Shown: piece by piece, positions 34,521 through 42,411 of the stretch | How positions within the stretch are numbered: the stretch's first letter is position 1 | Layout of the letters: each line of letters starts with the position of its first letter | NCBI GenBank assembly: GCA_964349415.1 | Contig: CAYGGJ010000001.1 | Location: forward strand, 1-53,318 | Source of the DNA: an uncultured Gammaproteobacteria bacterium | Lineage (GTDB): Bacteria > Patescibacteriota > Microgenomatia > UBA1406 > GWC2-37-13 | Direction of reading: 5' to 3' | Length of the DNA stretch: 53,318 nucleotides | Notes under the pieces: generated by a model | The model's input: the letters and a program-made list of their open reading frames with translations, nothing else | Databases searched by the model: none | What the model was told of the DNA's origin: nothing | Made by a program: the position numbers and the translations under genes

Positions 34521-34549
34521 TTGACAGTCTATTTATATAATGTTACCTT
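34521..34549 (+). promoter_or_regulatory. Promoter candidate of small Cys-rich paralog 2 (near-leaderless)
   Basis: TTGACA (34521-34526), 17 nt, TACCTT (34544-34549), then 8 nt to GTG at 34558. The upstream CTAAATCCTCTTGACAG matches CTAAAGCCTCTTGACAG of paralog 1. Confidence 0.5.
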
Positions 34550-34557
34550 CAAGCTAA

Positions 34558-34944
34558 GTGGCTAAAAAGAAATCGAAAAAGAACCTTCGCGCCCTTCTCC
34601 TTTTACTTCTAGCAGGTTTAATCATAATTGTTGTCGTAGCAATCGGCTACAGACAGATATTTGGTTCCAAAGCGGCATCGAGATGTTCTACTCGCCTTGA
34701 AAGGTTGACAGAAAGAGACTGTGGAGGTAATGAAGGAACAGGAGCAGTAGCGGGCACGGTCGATAGTGGATCTAGGGGATGTGGGCCCAATTGCGCTGGT
34801 GTCATAGATGAGGGGGGCGCAGGAAAATCATCTGAGCGGCCAACAGTCGGAAAAAACGGAATTTGCAAAGAAGACAATAAACTGGTAGCTTTTTGTAAAC
34901 AGGGGTTGCAATGTAAAGGTAGCCCCAGAGGTAAATGTAGATAA
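34558..34944 (+). CDS. Small signal-anchored Cys-rich secreted protein, paralog 2
   Basis: MAKKKSKKNLRALLLLLLAGLIIIVVVAIGY ... RPTVGKNGICKEDNKLVAFCKQGLQCKGSPRGKCR. Confidence 0.7.
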   Translation: MAKKKSKKNLRALLLLLLAGLIIIVVVAIGYRQIFGSKAASRCSTRLERLTERDCGGNEGTGAVAGTVDSGSRGCGPNCAGVIDEGGAGKSSERPTVGKNGICKEDNKLVAFCKQGLQCKGSPRGKCR

Positions 34945-34951
34945 TCTTATT

Positions 34952-35362
34952 ATGGAACCAGGAAACGTTGAGATAAAAAAACCAGTAAAGACCGGCATTA
35001 AAGAGAAAATCCAGCGTTTTATAAAGCCCAAAAGAACAGAGAATAAAGGGAGAGGTGACGTATTTTCTTCCCTAAAAGAAGACCATGAGCTTAATGCAAA
35101 AGAACGTGTCCAGATGCAGCTTTATCTTAAAGATATTGCCGGTGCTGCGAATGTCCAAGAAGCGCTGGATCTTTTGAGAAGCGGGAAGGTCAACGAGAAC
35201 ATCGTAAGAGTATGGGTAGAACGTGGTACAGCGGACGGAGATTATTTTGAAGCGATAAGAGCTGGATATCCTCAATTCGAGGACCTATTTCGTACTATAG
35301 AAGCGAACGATACGAATATTGCTGCACGTAAAAAATTGGAAAGCATTGTTCAAGGAAAATAA
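34952..35362 (+). CDS. Hypothetical 136-aa protein
   Basis: Clean ORF 7 nt after paralog 2. Its stop abuts the stop of the convergent ATPase gene. No motif recognised. Confidence 0.5.
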   Translation: MEPGNVEIKKPVKTGIKEKIQRFIKPKRTENKGRGDVFSSLKEDHELNAKERVQMQLYLKDIAGAANVQEALDLLRSGKVNENIVRVWVERGTADGDYFEAIRAGYPQFEDLFRTIEANDTNIAARKKLESIVQGK

Positions 35363-37525
35363 TTAAACCTTCCTTCCGTATTTTTCTTTTGAAAGCTGCA
35401 TTATCTTATCCTTGTTCTCGTTTTTAAGCTTAGGAAGGGGAAGTGTTTTGGCAGGAAATGGCGCAGAGGTCATGTCGTCAATCGAAAGCTTCAGGACAAT
35501 CTCATATTTACCTAAAGAGACGAGATCATTTTCAGAGTAAATCTCGGCAAATTCCTTTGTAAGAATCTCGGCATCGCGTGCTCCAACCACAAATGATATG
35601 AGTGTTCCGACATTGCCAAAGATAGCCATCTGGACTTCCTCATCAAGCTGTTCAATGTATTGATTGGCCAAGGTAAGACAGAGACGGTATTTTCTCGCCT
35701 CAGAAAGAATCTTGATAAATGAGGTAGTGGCAAAGTTTTGAAACTCATCGACATAGAGAAAAAAGTCTCGTCGCTCATCCTCTTTTTGATAGGAGCGGTT
35801 CATCGCAGCAAGCTGAATCTGCGTGATTATCATCGCACCAAGAAGGGCCGCATTGTCTTCGCCGAGCTTACCCTGCGAGAGATTCAGGATCAATATCTTC
35901 CCGTCATTCATGATCTTTTCAAGGTCAACCGAAGACTTGGATTTTCCGATGATGTTTCGTATCATTTTTGAGGATACAAACTGTCCGACCTTGTTTTGAA
36001 TAGGGGACACAGCCTCGGCTCTCAGCTTATCAGACATTTTTTCAAACTCCTTTTCCCAAAAGTTTTTTATGACAGGATCGGTGACATGTTCGGTTACTAC
36101 CTTTTTGCGGTATTCTGCATCAGAAAGAAGCTTGAGAACGTCTACAAGAGTCGCATCCGGTACCTCAAGAAGCGCTAAAATAACGTTTCTTAAAATATAC
36201 TCAAGTCTCGGACCCCAGCTGTCGCCGTAGATTTTGTAGAAAATAGATACAATTCCTGAGGCTACTAGATCCTTATGCTGCTTATTCCTGACTTCAAGAA
36301 TGTTAAGTGAAAATGGCCTTTCAGTGTCAAAGGGCTCAAGATAGACCACGTCTTTCATCCTGCGTTTGGGAATGTAATCTAAGATTGTCGAGGACAGATC
36401 TCCGTGAGGGTCAATTATAGCTACTCCACGGCCACGGCGGATATCATCTATGGCCATATTGGCCACAAGGGTTGATTTTCCGGCTCCGGTTTTACCCACA
36501 ATGTATACATGCTTTCTCCGGTCAGGTGTTTTGACACCCATAACAGACTCTTTATTTTTAAACTCGGTTTGAGCAAAGAAATTGACATCATCCTTTTCTT
36601 TATCGGTGAAATCCTGGGCTACCGGAATATTCTCTGGAGGCTCTCCTGACAATGTCTTTCCCCATGCTATGTTTCTGATTCCTGAGAGTAAAAAGCCCGG
36701 TGGATGCCAGAGCGTGGCAAGCTCCTGAGCGTTTAGAATCTGTCTCTCCCGTTCAAAAAAATAGGACGATCTTTTCTTCACTCGTTCAAGAAAGTTTTTC
36801 TTAAAAAGACGCTTTTTTTTGAAAACCAGTTGATTTCCTTCACCGAGCGAAAAGTTTCCGAAGGTGCCTGCAAGATTGCGCAAGTAGGACATAGTGGGTT
36901 TGGTGTCAGAGGTCGTAATGATGCGGATAAGACTTCGTCCTCCTTGAAATGCAGCCTTCTTCATAACCGTCATCTTCTGAGGGTTTAGGCCGTATTTGTC
37001 GGCTGTCGCATCATAGGCCATTTTCTTTGCTGCTTCCACTGCTTGATCCTGCCAAGCAAAAGTTGCAGGATCCACGAGAATCTGGATCGCCATCTTGATA
37101 TCAGCCGGCTGTTTTGATAAAAACCCGATCAGTGACGAAAGAGGATCAATATCCTTAAAATCAAAATATGTCTTTATGGGAAAATAAGAGTAGGAGTTTA
37201 GAACGAGCTCACCCTCAGAGACATGCTTGGACTTTAAGATGATATTCATCGGATCCGTTGTTTTTTTCAACAGGGATTGTGGATATGATGATGTTACAAG
37301 GCTTTGAACAAAGGTATCGGATTCGGAAGGCGCGGTAATATAAAAATAAATAGTTTGGTTAATAAGGTAGAGCTCAAATGAATAGGTTTTAGGCTTTAAA
37401 AGAGGTCTTTTCCACAGTGGAATATAGGGGTAGGAGAGAAGCGAGGCAAATATTTGGGTGGCTGATTCTATTGGGGTTTCGCTGTCTTTAGGATTTCGAA
37501 TCTGAAAGTGTGAGAGATTCTTCAT
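35363..37525 (-). CDS. VirD4/TraD/TraG-like P-loop NTPase (type IV coupling-protein-like)
   Basis: HVYIVGKTGAGKSTLVANM (Walker A), AIIDPHGDL, FFLYVDEFQNF (Walker B) and ARKYRLCLTLANQYIEQL (TraG/TraD C-terminal block ..R..g..l.l..Q...Ql). Confidence 0.75.
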   Translation of the reverse strand: MKNLSHFQIRNPKDSETPIESATQIFASLLSYPYIPLWKRPLLKPKTYSFELYLINQTIYFYITAPSESDTFVQSLVTSSYPQSLLKKTTDPMNIILKSKHVSEGELVLNSYSYFPIKTYFDFKDIDPLSSLIGFLSKQPADIKMAIQILVDPATFAWQDQAVEAAKKMAYDATADKYGLNPQKMTVMKKAAFQGGRSLIRIITTSDTKPTMSYLRNLAGTFGNFSLGEGNQLVFKKKRLFKKNFLERVKKRSSYFFERERQILNAQELATLWHPPGFLLSGIRNIAWGKTLSGEPPENIPVAQDFTDKEKDDVNFFAQTEFKNKESVMGVKTPDRRKHVYIVGKTGAGKSTLVANMAIDDIRRGRGVAIIDPHGDLSSTILDYIPKRRMKDVVYLEPFDTERPFSLNILEVRNKQHKDLVASGIVSIFYKIYGDSWGPRLEYILRNVILALLEVPDATLVDVLKLLSDAEYRKKVVTEHVTDPVIKNFWEKEFEKMSDKLRAEAVSPIQNKVGQFVSSKMIRNIIGKSKSSVDLEKIMNDGKILILNLSQGKLGEDNAALLGAMIITQIQLAAMNRSYQKEDERRDFFLYVDEFQNFATTSFIKILSEARKYRLCLTLANQYIEQLDEEVQMAIFGNVGTLISFVVGARDAEILTKEFAEIYSENDLVSLGKYEIVLKLSIDDMTSAPFPAKTLPLPKLKNENKDKIMQLSKEKYGRKV

Positions 37526-37548
37526 ATAAAAAGTATACTGATAATTAA

Positions 37549-40413
37549 TTAAGATTTGTCCCGTTTTAATAGGATAAATAATAATGTCCCCGCAAGTAGT
37601 CCTAAACCCAGATATTCAAGATACTGCGGCCAGAACACGATAGAAATTTTCCCGCTTAAGCCATCCAGTACCCAGCCGTTTGCCCAGTTGTTTATCAGGA
37701 CATGTCGCTTCAATTCTTTCCCATTTCGATATGCTTTCCAACCATTATCAAATGCCTGGTTGAGAATGATGACACCGTTTTTTTGAGCGGGTGAAACCGT
37801 GTAGTTACCGTAGTTTTTCTTTTCAGCCGTAAAATCATTAAAAAACTGTGCTTGTCGCACCTCATCTCCCTTTTTCAAAAGTGCAAGATTCTTAAGAACT
37901 TCATAAGGAAATGCATATATTTCAAGTCCGTTTACCTGATTTACCGAAGGAAAGTTTTTATACGAATTGCTCTGGAATGTGAAGCCGTAACCCACACCGT
38001 ATTGAAATTTCGGACTTAGGAAAAAATATTCCTTGTCTAATTGCAGTCTGTCTTCAAGATAACTTTGTTTTTTTGTACTATCGATTATGTAAAAGAAGAG
38101 ATTTCTTCCCTCGACCGTCTTGCTTTGTACCGTCACAAGATATCCGTATCTTTGTTCTAAATAAGGGTCACCGTAGCCAAAACATGCAATGGCTCCGTCT
38201 CTTGCTTCCACCTGAAAGCCATCTGGAGTCGACTGTTTATTAATCTTTCCCTCGGATTGTTCACAGTTTGCTACTTTTGTTTTTGAGGGGTCAAACTGCG
38301 ATACAAGAACCTTGGGAACCCGTGCGGAAATAGTGTCCTTTCCTAATTCGATCTGATAGCCCACATGGTATGTTTTTACCCCGCCCGGAGAGTTGAGAAG
38401 CATTTCATAGATTCCTGCGGAGGAGGTTGAGGTTCTATATTGATTCATATCAACATCAAGAGGAGCCTTTAATACGAACTCTTTTTCGGTTTCGGTGAGC
38501 TTCCATTTTCTATTTGCACGTGTCTGACTCATAAGATTTCTAAAGGGGTAATGTAGTTGTGGGTTAGCATCGGTCAAGTAGCCATGCGTTTGTTCGTAAA
38601 CGGTGTCACCATACTCAGCGTTGACCTCAGGCCCCACAGATGGCAGGTGAGAGGCATGAGAGATGAAGTCCTGAGTCTTATGGGGAAGAGTTACCTGGTA
38701 GATGTCAAGGTACTTTCCGGTCCTCACGCGCACCAACTCCGGTGATCTGCGCAAAAGATCTTCAAGGTTTTCATACTGAAGACTTCTGCTTATCGAAGAA
38801 ATCGGAAGGTACGACTTATCCAAGAGGACATATTCAACATTATATTTCTGCAGAGTATTTACAAGAGCCACTCTGTCTTCTGCCTCCACCGCAGCTTTAA
38901 GCTCCCAAAAGTACCGTTCGCTCGGAGCGCTCCAAACATCAAAGGCGCGTGCCAGTATCGGCTGTTCAATTCCATACCACAGAAATCCTGAGCCGTTATA
39001 GCCCCAGCTGTGGTAAAACCAGCCCCAGAATGTATAGTCCGGAAGAAGGGCAATCCTCTTGTTTTTATCCTGACCTTTAAAATAATCTACTGCCTCAAGA
39101 TATTCCGAGGGAACACGAATTTTCATTGACGGTGAAAAGAAATATCCTCTGAATGTCGGAAGAGAGTAGAGGAAGATAAGTCCGATGACAATATATGGCG
39201 CAATATTTCTTCCTTGTCTTGAAAGCTTTTTGCCAAGAAAATCTATACCTTGCGCAAAGAAAAAACTTGAGACCAAAGAGTAGAGCACTATAAATTTAGT
39301 AAAAGGAGAACGAAAGACCTGATTTATGAGAGGGTTGCTACGGAAAAAACCGCCCAACTCTCTAAAAATAGGAGTGGCAGAAAGAAGCGCTACGGCACAA
39401 ACTCCATAAACAAACAGGTAGTTTTTATTTCTCAATCCACCAGTAAATAAGCCTAAAAGAACGACTGCAGACAAAAGATAAGAGACAATCATAAAAGGAA
39501 CTTGTTTATAGTGATCGTGCCATTCCAGAAATAGTTGTTGCTTGTTGGATCTGTAAAGATCAAAGTAAAATCCTTTAAGAGTGATAAAGTCGGGGACCGT
39601 TCCCTTTTCCAGATTCTGATAAAAGACATCCTCGGTAGCGAGTTGATTTATCTTTGCCTGTTGGACAACGCTTCCGTTTGCTTTTACAAAATAAAGTTGT
39701 GGAAAGAGCCAAAAAGCATTGACCATAAACACTACAGTAAGCAAAATCCCTATTTTTTTTAGCGATTCAACAGATCTGTTTTTCACCATATATGCCAAGG
39801 AAAAACAGAAAAGCGTAAGACCATAAACTAGAAAAAGTGTCTGAAGATAAGCCTGTGGAGTAGCAAGGAAATTAATAAGCATAAACAATAGAAGGTTTTT
39901 TTTAGTCAGCTTTTCGTTGAGGGCTTTTTGAAATATCCATAGCTCCCATGGAAGTGCCGCAAAAAACCAGGAAAACGGTTCAAAAGGAACGTAGAAAATC
40001 TGCAGAGTTCCAAGATTCAACATATAAAAAAGTGCTCCCGCCAAGGAAGCTTTTTCATTTACCGGTTGTTTTAATCTGAGAAGTTTAAGTGCACCGATTG
40101 CACCCACTGCAAGCAGTGCTGTATGGATGAGATATCGTATCAAAGATTGGGGTACAAAAAGAGAGAGGATTCCAGTTAATACAGCCCTTACTAAATCAGA
40201 AGCGTGTGCCATTCCTCCAACCAAACCTAAGCTTTGATACTCTTGCCAGACCGCAAAAAAAGCACGCTTTATCGCAAGTGCCGGATTAAGTTCGGTCGAG
40301 AGATGATCCCACCCGATAAGATACGTGTTGGGCTTAACATTTAGTACGAAAATACCCACCGCAACCACGACAAGAGAAATCACAGAAAAGTACCGTTTTA
40401 AGAAAGATCTCAT
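37549..40413 (-). CDS. Large polytopic membrane protein, probable GT-C-fold glycosyltransferase (YfhO/arabinofuranosyltransferase-like)
   Basis: About 12 or more N-terminal TM helices, a large extracytoplasmic beta-rich domain and a final C-terminal TM helix. Its ATG at 40413 overlaps the upstream gene's TAA (TAATG), and it follows GT2 and GT4 genes in the same operon. Confidence 0.65.
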   Translation of the reverse strand: MRSFLKRYFSVISLVVVAVGIFVLNVKPNTYLIGWDHLSTELNPALAIKRAFFAVWQEYQSLGLVGGMAHASDLVRAVLTGILSLFVPQSLIRYLIHTALLAVGAIGALKLLRLKQPVNEKASLAGALFYMLNLGTLQIFYVPFEPFSWFFAALPWELWIFQKALNEKLTKKNLLLFMLINFLATPQAYLQTLFLVYGLTLFCFSLAYMVKNRSVESLKKIGILLTVVFMVNAFWLFPQLYFVKANGSVVQQAKINQLATEDVFYQNLEKGTVPDFITLKGFYFDLYRSNKQQLFLEWHDHYKQVPFMIVSYLLSAVVLLGLFTGGLRNKNYLFVYGVCAVALLSATPIFRELGGFFRSNPLINQVFRSPFTKFIVLYSLVSSFFFAQGIDFLGKKLSRQGRNIAPYIVIGLIFLYSLPTFRGYFFSPSMKIRVPSEYLEAVDYFKGQDKNKRIALLPDYTFWGWFYHSWGYNGSGFLWYGIEQPILARAFDVWSAPSERYFWELKAAVEAEDRVALVNTLQKYNVEYVLLDKSYLPISSISRSLQYENLEDLLRRSPELVRVRTGKYLDIYQVTLPHKTQDFISHASHLPSVGPEVNAEYGDTVYEQTHGYLTDANPQLHYPFRNLMSQTRANRKWKLTETEKEFVLKAPLDVDMNQYRTSTSSAGIYEMLLNSPGGVKTYHVGYQIELGKDTISARVPKVLVSQFDPSKTKVANCEQSEGKINKQSTPDGFQVEARDGAIACFGYGDPYLEQRYGYLVTVQSKTVEGRNLFFYIIDSTKKQSYLEDRLQLDKEYFFLSPKFQYGVGYGFTFQSNSYKNFPSVNQVNGLEIYAFPYEVLKNLALLKKGDEVRQAQFFNDFTAEKKNYGNYTVSPAQKNGVIILNQAFDNGWKAYRNGKELKRHVLINNWANGWVLDGLSGKISIVFWPQYLEYLGLGLLAGTLLFILLKRDKS

Positions 40414-41600
40414 TATTGAGAGAGAACTTGTGCGTATTTTTTTCCTATACGTTCCCACGAGCGGGCTTCTTTCATAGTCTTAGAAAAGCCTACTGTTTTT
40501 TCAAGGTTTTTTCTAATCCAATTCATTTTTTCGTAGAAGTCTTCCTTATTAAGTTTAAAGACAAGATTGCTTTTGGATACGGGGTTTTCTCTCAATGATT
40601 TTTGAAAATCATTACTATCAAAGTATCCTTCAAGTGCCTTTGAAAGAAGTACGGGTTTTTCAAACGAGAACGCAATGGAAAGTGGACCTGAGGAAGACAT
40701 GAAGGTTTTGTACGGAAGTACAACCAGATCACAGGCAGAAAAATATAAAGGTATGCGCTTCTCAGACACAAAGCCAGTCGTTATAATTCCCTTTTGATGG
40801 GCTTTTTTCTTAAGGGCAGTTACGAACTTTGAATAACTTCGCTTGTTTGCATGATTTGGATTGTGACCACCAGCAAGGATAAGATGAACGTTCTGGTATT
40901 TCTCCCACATATTTACCATAGAATCCATTCCTTTATAAGGCGAGATGTATCCAAAAGAGAGTACGTAAAAGCTGTTCTTTTTAAGTCGCAGTTTTTTTCT
41001 GGCCTCAGTCTTTCCTATTTTTTTCATTGTCTCCACGGCATGGGAAATCACCACAACCTTTTCGTCATTGTGAAGAAGTTCTTTAAATTTCTTTTCAAAT
41101 ACGATGGTCCTAAAAGAAACAAAAAGAAGCAGGGGGTAGAAGAAAGCTCTGGCTAGATTGAGGATAAATGCCTTAACGGGTTTTTTTTCAAAAGGCCGGA
41201 AATCAGCTATTACCTGATGAAGGATTAGATATATTTTCTTCTTGTTTAATTTCCATAGAAGAAGCAGATATACAAAAAAGAGCGCGTGGAGCATGTTGCC
41301 AAACATATACCCTTCAAAAGGCACAATAATTCCATCGGAAGGGCGTTCATTGACCGCCTTATACAGACTCCAAAGGCTTGCGAAACTTCCTCTTTTCCAG
41401 ACGCGTTTTATGATCATACCGTTTTCCTTGTATACCTCTTCCTTTTCCAGGGTTTCAGCCCAGACAGTGATCCTAAGATCTTTGTGATAGCCTGTAAGAG
41501 CCTTTAAGGTGTTTTTGGTATAAGAGGCTACACCTACGGTATTTTTTCCATGAGTCTGGTTTTTTTCAGGGTAGCTTGAGATTATAAAAAGTCTTTTCAT
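40413..41600 (-). CDS. Family 4 (GT-B, group 1) glycosyltransferase
   Basis: N-terminal FIISSYPEKNQTHG...GVASY and a C-terminal LILAGG...GFVSEKRIPLYFSACDLVVLPY...SSGPLSIAFSFEKPVL layout, typical of GT4. Confidence 0.75.
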   Translation of the reverse strand: MKRLFIISSYPEKNQTHGKNTVGVASYTKNTLKALTGYHKDLRITVWAETLEKEEVYKENGMIIKRVWKRGSFASLWSLYKAVNERPSDGIIVPFEGYMFGNMLHALFFVYLLLLWKLNKKKIYLILHQVIADFRPFEKKPVKAFILNLARAFFYPLLLFVSFRTIVFEKKFKELLHNDEKVVVISHAVETMKKIGKTEARKKLRLKKNSFYVLSFGYISPYKGMDSMVNMWEKYQNVHLILAGGHNPNHANKRSYSKFVTALKKKAHQKGIITTGFVSEKRIPLYFSACDLVVLPYKTFMSSSGPLSIAFSFEKPVLLSKALEGYFDSNDFQKSLRENPVSKSNLVFKLNKEDFYEKMNWIRKNLEKTVGFSKTMKEARSWERIGKKYAQVLSQ

Positions 41601-41603
41601 AGG

Positions 41604-42395
41604 TTATTTTGCAAATCTAAATCTTCTGACGAAACCTGTTTTCATTTCTTTAGCAAAGACATATTCACCGGTATATTCATTTTCACGGATTGCATACAGT
41701 TCAAATAGGGAAGAAATAATATCGTGTGCCAGATTTACTTTTGTTCTCTTGTCGTCGCTCCACTTAACAGCAATTTCCTTTATAGGGTAGGAGAGCTGAG
41801 ATGCAAGAAATAAAATTTCTGCATCATAGCCCCACCTTTGAATTTTTGATCTTTGGAATATTTCACCTTTTGCGTCTTTTGAGAATGCCTTAAAACCACA
41901 GGTAAAGTCAGTGATCCACATCCCAAGTGCGATATTTGAGATAAGGGTAAATGCCTTTCCTAAAAGTTGGCGGTGGAGTGGTTGGGGAATTATTACGGTG
42001 GATTTTCCGTTTTTTCTGGTGCCGATGATCACAGGCGTACTTTGTTTCATGTAAGGTATAAATTTCCTAATTTCAGAAAGGGGAGTGGACATATCACAGT
42101 CAAAGAGCAGAGTGTAGTCTGCGGTGGATAAAAGCATTCCTTGCTTAACCGCATGTCCCTTTCCTTGGTTCTGTCTGCATGAAATCAGACGGACCCGGGC
42201 CGAAAGAGCTTTTGAAAGCCTCTCTTTGTTTTCTCGTATCATGCGCCCTGTGGTATCGGTTGAACCGTCATTTACAAATATAACTTCGTGAAGTTTCATG
42301 CCACGTGAAAACCCTCCCCTTAGAAGGGAGGAAAATGTTTTCTTTAGCCGTTTTTCCTCATTGTAAACTGGAATAACCAGACTTAAAGTTTTCAT
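41604..42395 (-). CDS. Family 2 glycosyltransferase, polyprenyl/dolichyl-phosphate hexosyltransferase-like
   Basis: LSLVIPVYNEEKRL, VIFVNDGSTDTT, LLFDCDMSTP (DxD) and RWGYDAEILF resemble dolichyl-phosphate beta-glucosyltransferase-type GT2. Confidence 0.8.
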   Translation of the reverse strand: MKTLSLVIPVYNEEKRLKKTFSSLLRGGFSRGMKLHEVIFVNDGSTDTTGRMIRENKERLSKALSARVRLISCRQNQGKGHAVKQGMLLSTADYTLLFDCDMSTPLSEIRKFIPYMKQSTPVIIGTRKNGKSTVIIPQPLHRQLLGKAFTLISNIALGMWITDFTCGFKAFSKDAKGEIFQRSKIQRWGYDAEILFLASQLSYPIKEIAVKWSDDKRTKVNLAHDIISSLFELYAIRENEYTGEYVFAKEMKTGFVRRFRFAK

Positions 42396-42411
42396 AAGTA
42401 CTTAAGTACTT
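42396..42411. promoter_or_regulatory. Perfect 16-bp palindrome AAGTACTTAAGTACTT abutting the GT2 start codon, with a third AAGTACTT unit at 42445-42452
   Basis: Read directly. The sequence is self-complementary. The related unit AAGTACTTAAG recurs at 42445-42455, and the two could pair as an 11-bp stem with a 32-nt loop. Confidence 0.6.
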
